From: Terrimonas alba
GTDB taxonomy: Bacteria > Bacteroidota > Bacteroidia > Chitinophagales > Chitinophagaceae
Reading direction: 5' to 3'
Assembly (NCBI RefSeq): GCF_042434975.1
Contig: NZ_JBHMQM010000009.1
Coordinates: forward strand, 216,831 to 280,830
Length of the DNA: 64,000 nt
A program made the position numbers and the translations under genes. Below the pieces are notes generated by a model, which ran no database searches, was not told where the DNA came from, and saw nothing but the letters and a program-made list of their open reading frames with translations. Position 1 is the first letter of the stretch. Each line of letters opens with the position of its first letter. Positions 1 to 9,567 of this stretch are shown one piece after another.

Positions 1-350
1 GTGGCATTGGCACCAATACTTGCACCCCTGCGAACATAAGTAGGTTTGTATTCACTTTTCCTGCTGACTGCACTGCGTGGATTGATCACATTCGTAAATA
101 CCATGGAAGGGCCAAGAAACACATCATCCTCACAAATAACGCCCTCATAAATGGAAACATTATTTTGTACCCTTACATTATTGCCCAATACAACTTTCGG
201 AGATACTACTACATTTTGCCCTAAATTACAGTTCTCTCCTATAATACAGTTGCTCATCACATGACTAAAGTGCCAAATTTTGGTTCCGGCGCCTATGATG
301 CATCCTTCGTCAATTACTGTTGTTTGATGTGCAAAATATTGCTTACTCAT
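1..350 (-). CDS. Hexapeptide-repeat sugar N-acetyltransferase, 3'-truncated by the window edge. The start overlaps the aminotransferase stop (ATGA).
   Basis: The minus-strand translation from 350 reads MSKQYFAHQTTVIDEGCIIGAGTKIWHFSHVMSNCIIGENCNLGQNVVV... This is the isoleucine-rich left-handed beta-helix hexapeptide pattern typical of WbbJ/PglD-like acetyltransferases. It extends past the window start. Confidence 0.6.
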   Translation of the reverse strand, partial: MSKQYFAHQTTVIDEGCIIGAGTKIWHFSHVMSNCIIGENCNLGQNVVVSPKVVLGNNVRVQNNVSIYEGVICEDDVFLGPSMVFTNVINPRSAVSRKSEYKPTYVRRGASIGANA

Positions 351-1474
351 TTAAAAAATTCTTTGATAGTTGAAATGATATAATCAGCGGTTTCTTTGTC
401 AAATTCCGTGTGAATCGGTATTGATATCACTTCCTGGCAGAGCTGTTCAGTAACGGGTAAAGTAAAGCCTGCCGGCACATAGCTACTAAACGCATCTTGT
501 CTATATAACGGCAACGGATAATAAATCATACTTGGAATTTTTTTACTTGAAAGGTATTCCTGCAACTCATCTCTTTTTCCATCTTTTACCTTTAACGTAT
601 ATTGATGAAAAACATGAGTTGATCGATTTGCTCTGACAGGGATTTGCAAACCTTTTGTTCCTGCAAGATTCTCATCGTAATAGGAAGCCATTTTATTTCT
701 TGCAGCGCTATATTCATCCAGGTATTTGAGCTTTATTGTTAGTACTTCAGCTTGCAACGTATCGAGTCGGGAATTGCAACCCAATACTTTATGATAATAT
801 TTTTTTTCCTGGCCATGGTTAGCGATCATCCTGATTTTTACTGCGAGTTCATTATCATCGGTCATCAACGCCCCACCATCGCCGTAGCATCCCAGATTCT
901 TTGAGGGAAAAAATGAAGTGCAGCCAATATGTCCAATAGTGCCGGCTTTTTTAATCGCTCCATTTGTAAAAGTATAATCAGCCCCTATAGCTTGTGCATT
1001 ATCCTCTATTACATACAGGTTGTATTTTTTAGCGAAATTCATGACATGTTCCATGTCCGCGGTTTGCCCGTACAAATGTACCGGCACAATAGCCTTTGTA
1101 TTTGGAGTCAGAACATTTTCCAACCCACTCATTTCTATGTTAAAAGTCTCAGTGTTTACATCAACCATGACCGGCTTTAATCCAAGTAAACCTATGACCT
1201 CTGCGGTAGCAACATAGGTAAAAGCGGGACAGATTACCTCATCACCTGGCTTTAAATCCAGGGCCATCATGGCGATCTGTAATGCATCTGTTCCATTCGC
1301 GCATGGAATTACATGCTTTACGTCTAAGTATGCTTCAAAATCCTTCTGGAAAGTAGTAACTGCAGGACCATTAATGAATGTTGCATTGCTTAGGCACTCC
1401 AAGATATTTTTATCGATCTCTGCTTTTATTTTTTCATATTGACCCTTTAGGTCGACCATTTGAATTTTGTTCAT
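347..1474 (-). CDS. DegT/DnrJ/EryC1/StrS-family PLP-dependent sugar aminotransferase
   Basis: 375 aa. The fold-type I aminotransferase signature is present (...DVICPAFTYVATAEVI..., ...SFFPSKNLGCYGDGGAL...). It lies in the sugar-nucleotide gene cluster with rmlA and rmlB. Confidence 0.85.
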   Translation of the reverse strand: MNKIQMVDLKGQYEKIKAEIDKNILECLSNATFINGPAVTTFQKDFEAYLDVKHVIPCANGTDALQIAMMALDLKPGDEVICPAFTYVATAEVIGLLGLKPVMVDVNTETFNIEMSGLENVLTPNTKAIVPVHLYGQTADMEHVMNFAKKYNLYVIEDNAQAIGADYTFTNGAIKKAGTIGHIGCTSFFPSKNLGCYGDGGALMTDDNELAVKIRMIANHGQEKKYYHKVLGCNSRLDTLQAEVLTIKLKYLDEYSAARNKMASYYDENLAGTKGLQIPVRANRSTHVFHQYTLKVKDGKRDELQEYLSSKKIPSMIYYPLPLYRQDAFSSYVPAGFTLPVTEQLCQEVISIPIHTEFDKETADYIISTIKEFFK

Positions 1475-1490
1475 TTTTAAGTACCCCTTT

Positions 1491-2348
1491 TTAAAAAACT
1501 TTTTTTAAATACTCTCCGTAACCACTTTTCTTCAAACTCTCCGCCAGACCTTTCAATTGATCCTTGGTAATAAATTCATTCCGGTAGGCCACCTCCTCAA
1601 TGCACCCAATTTTAGTTCCCTGCCTTTTCTCTATCACCCGCACAAATTCACTGGCATCGCTAAGCGAATCAAAGGTACCGGTATCCAGCCAGGCTGTGCC
1701 GCGGTCCAGCACCGCAACTTTCAATTTTCCCTGCTGCAGGTATTCTTTATTGACATCGGTAATTTCATATTCACCCCGCGGTGACGGTTTCAGCTCCTTC
1801 GCAATTTTCACCACTGCGTTATCATAAAAATATAAACCCGGTACCGCATAATTTGATTTTGGTTGTGCCGGTTTCTCTTCAATACTGATAGCTTTCATCT
1901 CCCCATCAAACTCTACTACTCCGTAACGCTCCGGGTCGCTGACCTGGTAGGCAAATACATAACCCCCCTCAATATCATTCAAAGTCTTCAACTGTCTTCC
2001 CAGCCCCGCACCATAAAAAATATTGTCCCCAAGCACCAGGGCCACTTTGTCATCACCGATAAAATCAGCGCCGATCACAAAAGCCTGCGCCAGCCCGTTG
2101 GGCACTTCCTGTATGGCATACTCAAAGCGGCAACCCACCTGTGACCCGTCACCCAATAAACGTTTGAACGACGCATTATCTTCAGGCGTGGTGATGATGA
2201 GTATCTCTTTAATGCCTGCCATCATCAGGGTAGATAGCGGGTAATAGATCATCGGCTTATCATAGATGGGCATCAGTTGCTTACTGATCGCCCTGGTAAT
2301 CGGGTAAAGACGTGTACCGGATCCGCCGGCTAGAATTATTCCCTTCAT
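1491..2348 (-). CDS. rfbA: Glucose-1-phosphate thymidylyltransferase
   Basis: 285 aa starting [18 protein letters not shown]...[24 protein letters not shown]. This is the canonical RmlA N-terminus and length. Confidence 0.9.
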   Translation of the reverse strand: MKGIILAGGSGTRLYPITRAISKQLMPIYDKPMIYYPLSTLMMAGIKEILIITTPEDNASFKRLLGDGSQVGCRFEYAIQEVPNGLAQAFVIGADFIGDDKVALVLGDNIFYGAGLGRQLKTLNDIEGGYVFAYQVSDPERYGVVEFDGEMKAISIEEKPAQPKSNYAVPGLYFYDNAVVKIAKELKPSPRGEYEITDVNKEYLQQGKLKVAVLDRGTAWLDTGTFDSLSDASEFVRVIEKRQGTKIGCIEEVAYRNEFITKDQLKGLAESLKKSGYGEYLKKVF

Positions 2349-2370
2349 TAAATTGATTAGCGTTTAGAGT

Positions 2371-2745
2371 TTAAGGTTTAGTTGCTTTTGCCAGTTGAGC
2401 GTTTCTCAATGCTGCTACTTTTGCCGTCACTGTTTCAATTTGATTTCGACCTTCCGTCAGCATTTCGTCGGAAAGAAATCCTAAATCATTCGCGATGATC
2501 AGTTGATTTAAAATTTCCGTAAGACTGCTATAAGCGATTTGCGAAAAATGAGCCTGGTCTTTAAAGGATGTTCTGCTACTGCCTTCTGCCAGGTTTGAGA
2601 CAACCGACACGGCAGCCCGTCGCAGTTGCATCACCAGTCCGAACTTTTCATCGGCCGGAAAGAAGGAACTTGTTTTATAAATCCATTTCACCAACAATCT
2701 CGCATCCTTCCATACCTGTAATTTTTCGAATGAATAAATATGCAT
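2371..2745 (-). CDS. Four-helix-bundle protein (23S rRNA intervening-sequence protein family)
   Basis: 124 aa with the motif ...KFGLVMQLRRAAVSVVSNLAEG..., typical of this family. The family is frequently embedded in Bacteroidetes polysaccharide loci. Confidence 0.7.
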   Translation of the reverse strand: MHIYSFEKLQVWKDARLLVKWIYKTSSFFPADEKFGLVMQLRRAAVSVVSNLAEGSSRTSFKDQAHFSQIAYSSLTEILNQLIIANDLGFLSDEMLTEGRNQIETVTAKVAALRNAQLAKATKP

Positions 2746-2861
2746 AGGAAATACGAGTTTATGGTTTAGTGTTTAGTGGTAATGTGGCTTTGAGATTAAT
2801 TTACTGAAGCATTTTCTAAATTCTAACCTTCCATCTCTGCTAAACTACTAAACGCTCAACC

Positions 2862-3926
2862 CTAAACTCTCCCCCGCTCCGCATACTGCTTCTCATAATA
2901 CCCCTGGTATTCCCCACTGGTCACATGCTTCAGCCATTCTGTGTTTTCTAAATACCAATCAATGGTCTGCGCAAGGCCTTCTTCAAAAGTTACCGAAGGT
3001 TTCCAGCCCAATTCCTTATTGATCTTGCTGGCGTCAATGGCATAACGGCGGTCATGGCCGGGACGATCTTTTACATAGGTGATCAGTTGCTCACTGGTGC
3101 CGGCAGAGTGACCAAGCTTTTCATCCATTAGCTTGCACAGCAGCTTTACCAGGTCGATATTAGTCCACTCATTAAAGCCGCCGATATTATAGGTGTCATG
3201 GGTTTTACCCTCATGAAATACGAGGTCAATCGCTGTCGCATGATCCTTAACAAATAACCAGTCCCTGGTGTAAAGTCCGTCGCCATAAACCGGCAAGGGC
3301 TTTTTCGTGATGATATTATTGATAAAAAGCGGAATCAGTTTTTCAGGGAAATGGTGGGGGCCGTAATTGTTAGAGCAATTGCTGATCACGGTGGGTAACC
3401 CATAGGTGTCTGCATAAGCTCGTACAAAATGGTCGCTGGCCGCTTTGGATGCACTGTAGGGCGAATGTGGATCATATTTCGTTTGCTCGGTAAAAAAACC
3501 GGTGCTGCCTAAGGCGCCATATACCTCGTCAGTGGAAACATGATAAAACAATTTACCCGTATAGTCATCTTTCCAAAAATGTTTCGCCGTGTTCAGCAGG
3601 TTTACTGTACCAATTACGTTGGTATAAACAAAGTCGAGCGGCGAAAGGATGGAACGGTCCACATGCGACTCTGCGGCGAGATGTATAATGCCATCGGGTT
3701 GATGGAGCACAAAAATTCTTTCCAGGCTGTCCGCATCCAGTATATTGGCCTTTTCAAAATAATAATTGGGGGCTGATTCTATATCCCGGAGATTCTCCAG
3801 GTTGCCCGCATACGTCAGCGCATCTAAATTGATGATCTTATAGTCCGGGTATTTTGTAACAAATAAACGAACGACATGCGAACCGATAAAACCGGCTCCC
3901 CCTGTTATGATAATGGTTTTTGACAT
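2862..3926 (-). CDS. rfbB: dTDP-glucose 4,6-dehydratase
   Basis: 354 aa with TGGAGFIGSHVV, YSASKAASD (YxxxK) and the conserved RmlB C-terminus. Confidence 0.9.
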   Translation of the reverse strand: MSKTIIITGGAGFIGSHVVRLFVTKYPDYKIINLDALTYAGNLENLRDIESAPNYYFEKANILDADSLERIFVLHQPDGIIHLAAESHVDRSILSPLDFVYTNVIGTVNLLNTAKHFWKDDYTGKLFYHVSTDEVYGALGSTGFFTEQTKYDPHSPYSASKAASDHFVRAYADTYGLPTVISNCSNNYGPHHFPEKLIPLFINNIITKKPLPVYGDGLYTRDWLFVKDHATAIDLVFHEGKTHDTYNIGGFNEWTNIDLVKLLCKLMDEKLGHSAGTSEQLITYVKDRPGHDRRYAIDASKINKELGWKPSVTFEEGLAQTIDWYLENTEWLKHVTSGEYQGYYEKQYAERGRV

Positions 3927-3968
3927 TTAAGATTAAGGTTAAAGCTAAGATTAAGAATAAGGTTGAGG

Positions 3969-4328
3969 TTAAGATGAAATACCTTTTATTATTTTATTTA
4001 GCCCTTCTATTACAAGCAGGCATTTTTGTTGAATTGGATGAATTTGCTCCATATTAAAATATCCGGCCGTTTTTCCACTGAACAAATGACTACGAACTTC
4101 ATGAGCACTACCCCTGGAATAATAATAAAAATTGATCTTGTCTTTAATATGTCCGCGACCAAAACCTTCAGCAATATTGCCGGTAATACTTACTGCGGCA
4201 TCTCGTAATTATGAACAGAGAGCATAGTCCTATCTTTTAGGAAGGGTTTCTGTTAGCTTATATATTTCAGCAACAACCTGATCCCCCAATTGCCAAACAG
4301 GCATCTCAGCAAAATCATTATATGCCAT
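3969..4328 (-). pseudogene. Frameshifted paralog of the four-helix-bundle protein
   Basis: The minus strand reads MAYNDFAEMPVWQLGDQVVAEIYKLTETLPKR then a stop. In another frame it resumes as ...RDAAVSITGNIAEGFGRGHIKDKINFYYYSRGSAHEVRSHLF...KGISS*. The RRAAVS.xxNIAEG core is collinear with the intact copy at 2371-2745. At least two frame disruptions are present. Confidence 0.45.
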
Positions 4329-4389
4329 TTCTCCCTTTTAATTTTTACTCAATCTCAACCTCAGTCTCAACCTCATCCTTATTCCTTCG

Positions 4390-5349
4390 TCAGCCTAAAC
4401 CTCCCTCTTCTTTATACCATCTAAAGGTCGTTCTTAATCCTTCTTTTACAGATACAGACGGATCGTAACCTAAAATAGTCTTTGCTTTTGAAATATCGGC
4501 AAGGCTATGTTTGACATCTCCCGCCCGGTCAGGGCCATGATGAGGCATCAACTCGCTTTTAGCTTCTTCTTTTAATGCATCAAAAAGCTGCAACAAAGAA
4601 GTCTGTTCGCCACAGGCGATATTATAAACCTGGTTTACGGCTTCCTTATTATCGGTAAACAATGCGGCTATATTGGCCTGTACAGCATTTGACACAAATG
4701 TAAAATCGCGGCTATGGCTGCCATCCCCGTTAATTACAGGCGCCTTATTTTCAAGCAATGCTTTCGCAAATAAAGGTATCACCGCAGCATAAGCACCCTG
4801 GGGGTTTTGACGGGGGCCAAAAATGTTGAAATAACGCAGCCCGATAAATTCCATTCCATAGAGATTGCCGTACACTTTGGCATACAATTCATTCACCAGT
4901 TTGGTAACAGCATAGGGTGATAACGGGTTACCGGTTTTGTCTTCTACTTTCGGCAAACCGGGATGATCCCCATAGGTGGAGGAACTCGCAGCATACACCA
5001 CTCTTTTTATATTTTTTTCTTTAGCCGCCGTAAAAATATTCAGGGTGCCGGTGATATTGACCTCGTTGGTTGTCAACGGGTCGTTGATGGAACGGGGAAC
5101 AGAACCCAGGGCTGCCTGGTGAGTGATGGCGTCGATTCCTTCACAAGCCTGCAGGCAGGTTTGATAATTCCTGATATCGCCTTCTATAAATTCAAATTTG
5201 GGATTCGAAGAGAAGGAAGAAATATTTTTCAATGAACCGGTTGCTAAATTATCCAGTACCCGCACAAAACTAACTCTATCATCATTCAATAACCGTTCAA
5301 CAAGGTTGGACCCAATAAAACCGGCACCACCTGTAACCAAAATTTTCAT
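4390..5349 (-). CDS. NAD-dependent epimerase/dehydratase (WbpP/TviC-like UDP-sugar 4-epimerase)
   Basis: 319 aa with MKILVTGGAGFIGSNLVERLL and YAVTK (YxxxK). It belongs to the short-chain dehydrogenase/reductase (SDR) extended family and sits in the polysaccharide locus. Confidence 0.8.
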   Translation of the reverse strand: MKILVTGGAGFIGSNLVERLLNDDRVSFVRVLDNLATGSLKNISSFSSNPKFEFIEGDIRNYQTCLQACEGIDAITHQAALGSVPRSINDPLTTNEVNITGTLNIFTAAKEKNIKRVVYAASSSTYGDHPGLPKVEDKTGNPLSPYAVTKLVNELYAKVYGNLYGMEFIGLRYFNIFGPRQNPQGAYAAVIPLFAKALLENKAPVINGDGSHSRDFTFVSNAVQANIAALFTDNKEAVNQVYNIACGEQTSLLQLFDALKEEAKSELMPHHGPDRAGDVKHSLADISKAKTILGYDPSVSVKEGLRTTFRWYKEEGGLG

Positions 5350-5439
5350 AGTCGTTATAAATCGATAAAAATTAAAAACACTTGTAATAACCGTTCACCC
5401 TCAACCTCAGCCTTAAACTCTCAACTTAACCTCACCCCT

Positions 5440-7866
5440 TTACCTTTCTGCCTTTCTCCGAAACCATTTTTTGATACTTAATCTTTCCGTCCACCCTCTG
5501 GAAGGTTGTTCCTCCTCGTAATAGCCATTATTGCCATAGCCATAACCATAGCCGTAGCGGCCGTAGCCATAGTAGCCGTACCCGGCTTTCAATTTTACAT
5601 CATTTACCACGATTGCAACATGGGGCAGCTTCCTCTCCTGGTACAGGTCGTCAATCAATGCTATCTGCTTTTTAAAGGTATATCCCTGCCTCACCAGGTA
5701 GAGTGTACAATCGGCAAACTTACCCAGTGTTTGAGCATCGCTTACCATGCCCACCGGCGCCGTGTCGATAATGGTAACATCAAAATTTTCCCGCAACCAC
5801 GCAAAAAGTTCGGTCACTTTCTCGTCAAGCAACAACTCAGCCGGGTTGGGTGGAATGGGGCCGCAGGGCAATACAAAAAGGTTTTCATGACCGGATATCG
5901 GCAAAATCAAACTTTTCAGATCTGCCTTGCCTACCAGGAAATTGGAAATACCGGGATGCCTGCCCATATTCAAACCTGCCAGGACCTTTGGTTTACGAAT
6001 ATCAAATTCCAGGATGATGGTTTTTTTTCCCGTCAACGCCATCACGGCGCCCATATTCGTGCTCACAAAGGACTTGCCTTCCCCGCTAAAGGAGGAAGTG
6101 ACAAGAATTACCGGCTTTTCTGTTTTGGTTAACACGTACTGGAGGTTGGAACGGATAATCCTGAACTGCTCGGCCACCATGCGGCGGCTGGTTTTGTTCA
6201 CCACCAGGGCATTCTCCGAATAAGAGTGCCCCACCTCACCCATAATAGGCACCTGAGTTATCTTCTCAATATCAAAGCGGGTAGTAACTTTATCATTTAA
6301 TATTTCAGCGATAAAGATCACCAATGCCGGTAGCGCCAAACCTATCAAAACAGCCATAATCTGGATAGTGCGATCATTGGGCTTGACAGGATCAGATGAC
6401 GCTGTGGCCTTATCAACGATCTTAGAATTAGAGATAGTAGCCGCCCTGGAAATGGCAGCTTCTTCTCTCTTTCCTTCCAGCAGGCTGTAGAGGGCGAGTT
6501 TGGTAGTAACCTGCCGTTCCAGGTCCACATACTCTTTCATCTTATAAGGCAGGGTCTCTAATTCACTTTCTTCGGATTGGGTCTGTCCTTTCAACCTGGA
6601 AATAGCATTGCTAAAAGAAGACTTGATATTTTGCAGGTTTTCCAGCACACTCTCCCGTTGCTGCTCGATCAGGGCCTCTGATTCTTTAACGGCGGGATTA
6701 TCCGGCGGTATATTGGATTCCAATAATGATTTTCGTGCCAATTGTGCTTTGTTATAGCCACTCACCAGTTCATTCAACGTCACATCTTCCAGGCCCAGCG
6801 AAGATGGAACAACTATTTTGCTGTATTGATTTTGTTTATCTCTCAGGTAATCATCGATCATGCCTGCCACCGAAAGCCGCATTTGTTGCTCATTGATCAG
6901 CTTGTCAGCCTCCATGATAGTTTGAAAGGAATTGGTCGACTGCGTTTCCACATTGATCAGCTTATTTTTCTGGCGATAGTCTAGTAAAATACCCTGTAAA
7001 CTGTCTAATTCACCTTTCAATTTATCCAGCCTCACGTCAATAAAACCAATCATCTGATCGGTGGAAAAATTATTCTGTTCAATCGTCAGGGAGTCATATT
7101 GAACCATTAAATTGTTGACTATATCAGCCGCCATTTGCGCATTAGTAGTTTCCATGCTAATAATAAGCCCGGTCCCGCTCACTTTTGGCGTCACGTTTAC
7201 AGCAGCAGCGAGGCTCGTAGCAACTGCCTCGATAGGTCTCCACCCGATTTCATATTCCGTACCGGTGACGGCACCGCCTTTCTTTTCTAGGGCAAATACG
7301 CCATATTTATTTTTAAATACCTGGCCAAAACCTATCTCAGTTGATTCATGATTAACATAGAACCTGTTTTCATCGTTGAACTTTATATTCATGCTGAATG
7401 ACCGGGAAGAATCATTTATTTCAAAAGCTTTGATCGTAAAAGGAGCTCTCTTATAAACATTTTCATCTTTTATTCTTCCGATCGCCGTGTAACTAAATTG
7501 CAAATCGAGTTTTTTGACCACCCTGGCCATCAATGGCCGGGACTTCAGAATTTCAATTTCGCTTTGAATATTTTCCGTCCGGTTATTTCCCATCAGGATA
7601 TCTTCCACCTTGTCGGACGAACGCCCGCCTCCTGAGACTTCACTTTTTATTTGCAGGCTACCGGCTGCACTATAAATACGCGTCGCATAACGCAGGTAAA
7701 CAAAAGCTATCAACAAAGCAAGGGCTACTGATAAAAGAAATACAGGCAGGAAACGAATATATTTATAGAACAGGTCCCTTACACTTAAATTTGACAATTC
7801 TGATTTGCCGTTGTTGGTAACCTGTTCCTCGATTATTACTTGCGATGAGTTTTCGGAAATAGCCAT
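5440..7866 (-). CDS. Polysaccharide co-polymerase / tyrosine autokinase (Wzc/GumC-like)
   Basis: 808 aa. An N-terminal transmembrane helix and a periplasmic coiled-coil region are present. A second TM helix follows. The C-terminal domain is a P-loop kinase. The C-terminal tail is tyrosine-rich (YGYGYYGYGRYGYGYGYG). Confidence 0.85.
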   Translation of the reverse strand: MAISENSSQVIIEEQVTNNGKSELSNLSVRDLFYKYIRFLPVFLLSVALALLIAFVYLRYATRIYSAAGSLQIKSEVSGGGRSSDKVEDILMGNNRTENIQSEIEILKSRPLMARVVKKLDLQFSYTAIGRIKDENVYKRAPFTIKAFEINDSSRSFSMNIKFNDENRFYVNHESTEIGFGQVFKNKYGVFALEKKGGAVTGTEYEIGWRPIEAVATSLAAAVNVTPKVSGTGLIISMETTNAQMAADIVNNLMVQYDSLTIEQNNFSTDQMIGFIDVRLDKLKGELDSLQGILLDYRQKNKLINVETQSTNSFQTIMEADKLINEQQMRLSVAGMIDDYLRDKQNQYSKIVVPSSLGLEDVTLNELVSGYNKAQLARKSLLESNIPPDNPAVKESEALIEQQRESVLENLQNIKSSFSNAISRLKGQTQSEESELETLPYKMKEYVDLERQVTTKLALYSLLEGKREEAAISRAATISNSKIVDKATASSDPVKPNDRTIQIMAVLIGLALPALVIFIAEILNDKVTTRFDIEKITQVPIMGEVGHSYSENALVVNKTSRRMVAEQFRIIRSNLQYVLTKTEKPVILVTSSFSGEGKSFVSTNMGAVMALTGKKTIILEFDIRKPKVLAGLNMGRHPGISNFLVGKADLKSLILPISGHENLFVLPCGPIPPNPAELLLDEKVTELFAWLRENFDVTIIDTAPVGMVSDAQTLGKFADCTLYLVRQGYTFKKQIALIDDLYQERKLPHVAIVVNDVKLKAGYGYYGYGRYGYGYGYGNNGYYEEEQPSRGWTERLSIKKWFRRKAER

Positions 7867-8693
7867 TAGTTAAAAATATTATAGAGCAAAGCAATCGCCG
7901 TAATAAGGCTTAAGCCAAAGCTGACCTGCCGCATCACGACATCTTGTTCGGCTTTCTTCGCTTTTCTTTTTGTAGGATCTACCACCACTACATCATTTTG
8001 TTGTAAATTATAATAAGGGGATTCGAACAGATCCCTGGATGAAAGATCGACCAATCCAACTTCCCGCTTTCCATCTGTTTCCCGCATCACTTTGACAGTA
8101 TTTTTCATTCCAAAATCAGTAGTACCGCCCGCCAGCCCTATCGCATCCAATAATGTCACCCTTTCTCCCGGCACACTAACGGGTCCCTGCCTATTTACCT
8201 CACCCAGCACGGTTACCTTTAAATTCATAAAACGAATAATGACAGATGGGTTTGTCAGCACCGAATCCTTTTCGTTGATCTTTCGTTTAATAGTATCTGC
8301 CAACTGCAGCTTCGTCAAACCTTCCACTTGAATCACGCCTAATTGAGGATACTCAATATTACCATTCACATCCACCAAAAAACCTCCGGTACCCGATCCC
8401 GAACCGCTGCTCCCCTGGCCACCCGAGGATGAACTTGATGAAGGCAGATTATAAGGCGCATCGGAAATTTCAGGCTTGGTACTAGCACTATATACCTGGA
8501 TAGATAAAAGGTCGTTTTTCTGAATTTTCAGCTCAGGAATTTTCACCTCACCTTTACCGGTACTGTCATTTACATGTTGCAGGTAATTGGGGATTCTACG
8601 CTGTGTGCCGCAGGAAATTAAGTAAAAAGATAACACAAGTAATACAAGAAGCCGGACAAATTTCATGGATGATATTTTAGTAGAAGCCCGCAA
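7866..8693 (-). CDS. Polysaccharide export outer-membrane lipoprotein (Wza family)
   Basis: 275 aa. A signal peptide with a lipobox Cys (LISCGT) and the Poly_export/SLBB architecture are present. There is a Ser/Gly-rich linker. The stop overlaps the wzc start. Confidence 0.8.
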   Translation of the reverse strand: MRASTKISSMKFVRLLVLLVLSFYLISCGTQRRIPNYLQHVNDSTGKGEVKIPELKIQKNDLLSIQVYSASTKPEISDAPYNLPSSSSSSGGQGSSGSGSGTGGFLVDVNGNIEYPQLGVIQVEGLTKLQLADTIKRKINEKDSVLTNPSVIIRFMNLKVTVLGEVNRQGPVSVPGERVTLLDAIGLAGGTTDFGMKNTVKVMRETDGKREVGLVDLSSRDLFESPYYNLQQNDVVVVDPTKRKAKKAEQDVVMRQVSFGLSLITAIALLYNIFN

Positions 8694-8706
8694 AAATAAG
8701 ATTTGT

Positions 8707-9207
8707 TCAATCGGGGTCCGTCGAAGTTAATTTAGTTCGGTCAATATAAGCCACCAACACATACCCGAGACTATCAATCGCAACCTTGACGGATTTGCGG
8801 TTGATACCGATCACTTCCCCTTCCTGGTCCATCAACGGACCAGCAGTAATTTTCACCCGTTGCTTCAACTCTACCGTCATCGGCTTCACTTCCACGTTCT
8901 CGTACTCGTTCAAAAAACTCTTGATCGCATTGATCTCCCTTTCTTTCACCACCGCAGGCTTCCCATCCCAGTACACAAAATTGATAACGCCGGGCGTCAT
9001 TCTCACTTCGGTACGGTCCTCGTCATTCACTTTTACAAATACATAGGATTTGAAAAGCGGTTCTTCCACCAGCTTTACCCGGTCACTCCATTTGCGTCTT
9101 ACCTTATTTAATGGACAGTAGCTTTCCAGTCCTTTTTCGGTGAGCAATTGGGTGACTTTTTTTTCCCAGCGGGGACGGCTATATATGGCTAACCATTTAC
9201 GTGACAC
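8707..9207 (-). CDS. UpxY-family transcription antiterminator (NusG/KOW-like)
   Basis: 166 aa starting MSRKWLAIYSRPRWEKKV... (NusG N-terminal domain) with a C-terminal KOW-like segment. It is the first gene of the polysaccharide locus, as in Bacteroidetes capsule operons. Confidence 0.8.
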   Translation of the reverse strand: MSRKWLAIYSRPRWEKKVTQLLTEKGLESYCPLNKVRRKWSDRVKLVEEPLFKSYVFVKVNDEDRTEVRMTPGVINFVYWDGKPAVVKEREINAIKSFLNEYENVEVKPMTVELKQRVKITAGPLMDQEGEVIGINRKSVKVAIDSLGYVLVAYIDRTKLTSTDPD

Positions 9208-9319
9208 AGCGGGTTATTAGGATGGCTTCGCCACCTCGGTCACAGCTTATTTTTTGTGACCGGCTAAAAAGAATGGCCACTGTAACGGTTTTTGCTTAGT
9301 GGCTATTGTATTTCGGCTG

Positions 9320-9351
9320 CAAATATAGGTGGCTAAATGGGACTGGCAAAA
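9320..9351 (-). promoter_or_regulatory. Bacteroidetes sigma-A promoter for the polysaccharide operon (-33 TTTG, 19 nt, -7 TAtaTTTG)
   Basis: The minus strand reads cTTTTGccagtcccatttagccaccTATATTTGcag, with 19-nt spacing. It lies about 110 nt upstream of the upxY start. Confidence 0.45.
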
Positions 9352-9567
9352 GAATAAAATTAGCAGATTGTGAAGCCTTTGGCAATCTAACCGGGCAACC
9401 AGTTACCCACACAGTTCATCGTTTTTGATTATTAATAAATTACTTGTCATTAGCCAATTACCCGTTACATTTTTCGGGAACTTATCAGGTGCGCTAAGAG
9501 AAGGACCAATTTGATTACTAAGTATATACTTGAAAATCTTACATTTAAACCTTAAAGTATCACTGCT

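Noticed and set aside
929-1217. Plus-strand ORFs of 83 and 65 aa inside the aminotransferase gene
   Set aside because: They are entirely antisense to a well-supported CDS, with no independent signal. They are typical shadow ORFs. The same applies to 1557-2244, 3540-3776, 4963-5235, 5506-6223, 6742-7820, 8092-9111, 13980-16549 and similar antisense ORFs in the track.
4026-4208. 60-aa plus-strand ORF in the rmlB-epimerase gap
   Set aside because: The opposite strand of this interval encodes the recognisable, frameshifted four-helix-bundle paralog. The plus ORF is its shadow.
5440-5560. GYGYYGYGRYGYGYGYG-encoding low-complexity DNA at the wzc 3' end flagged as a possible repeat element
   Set aside because: It is the expected C-terminal tyrosine cluster of BY-kinases, not a mobile or regulatory repeat.
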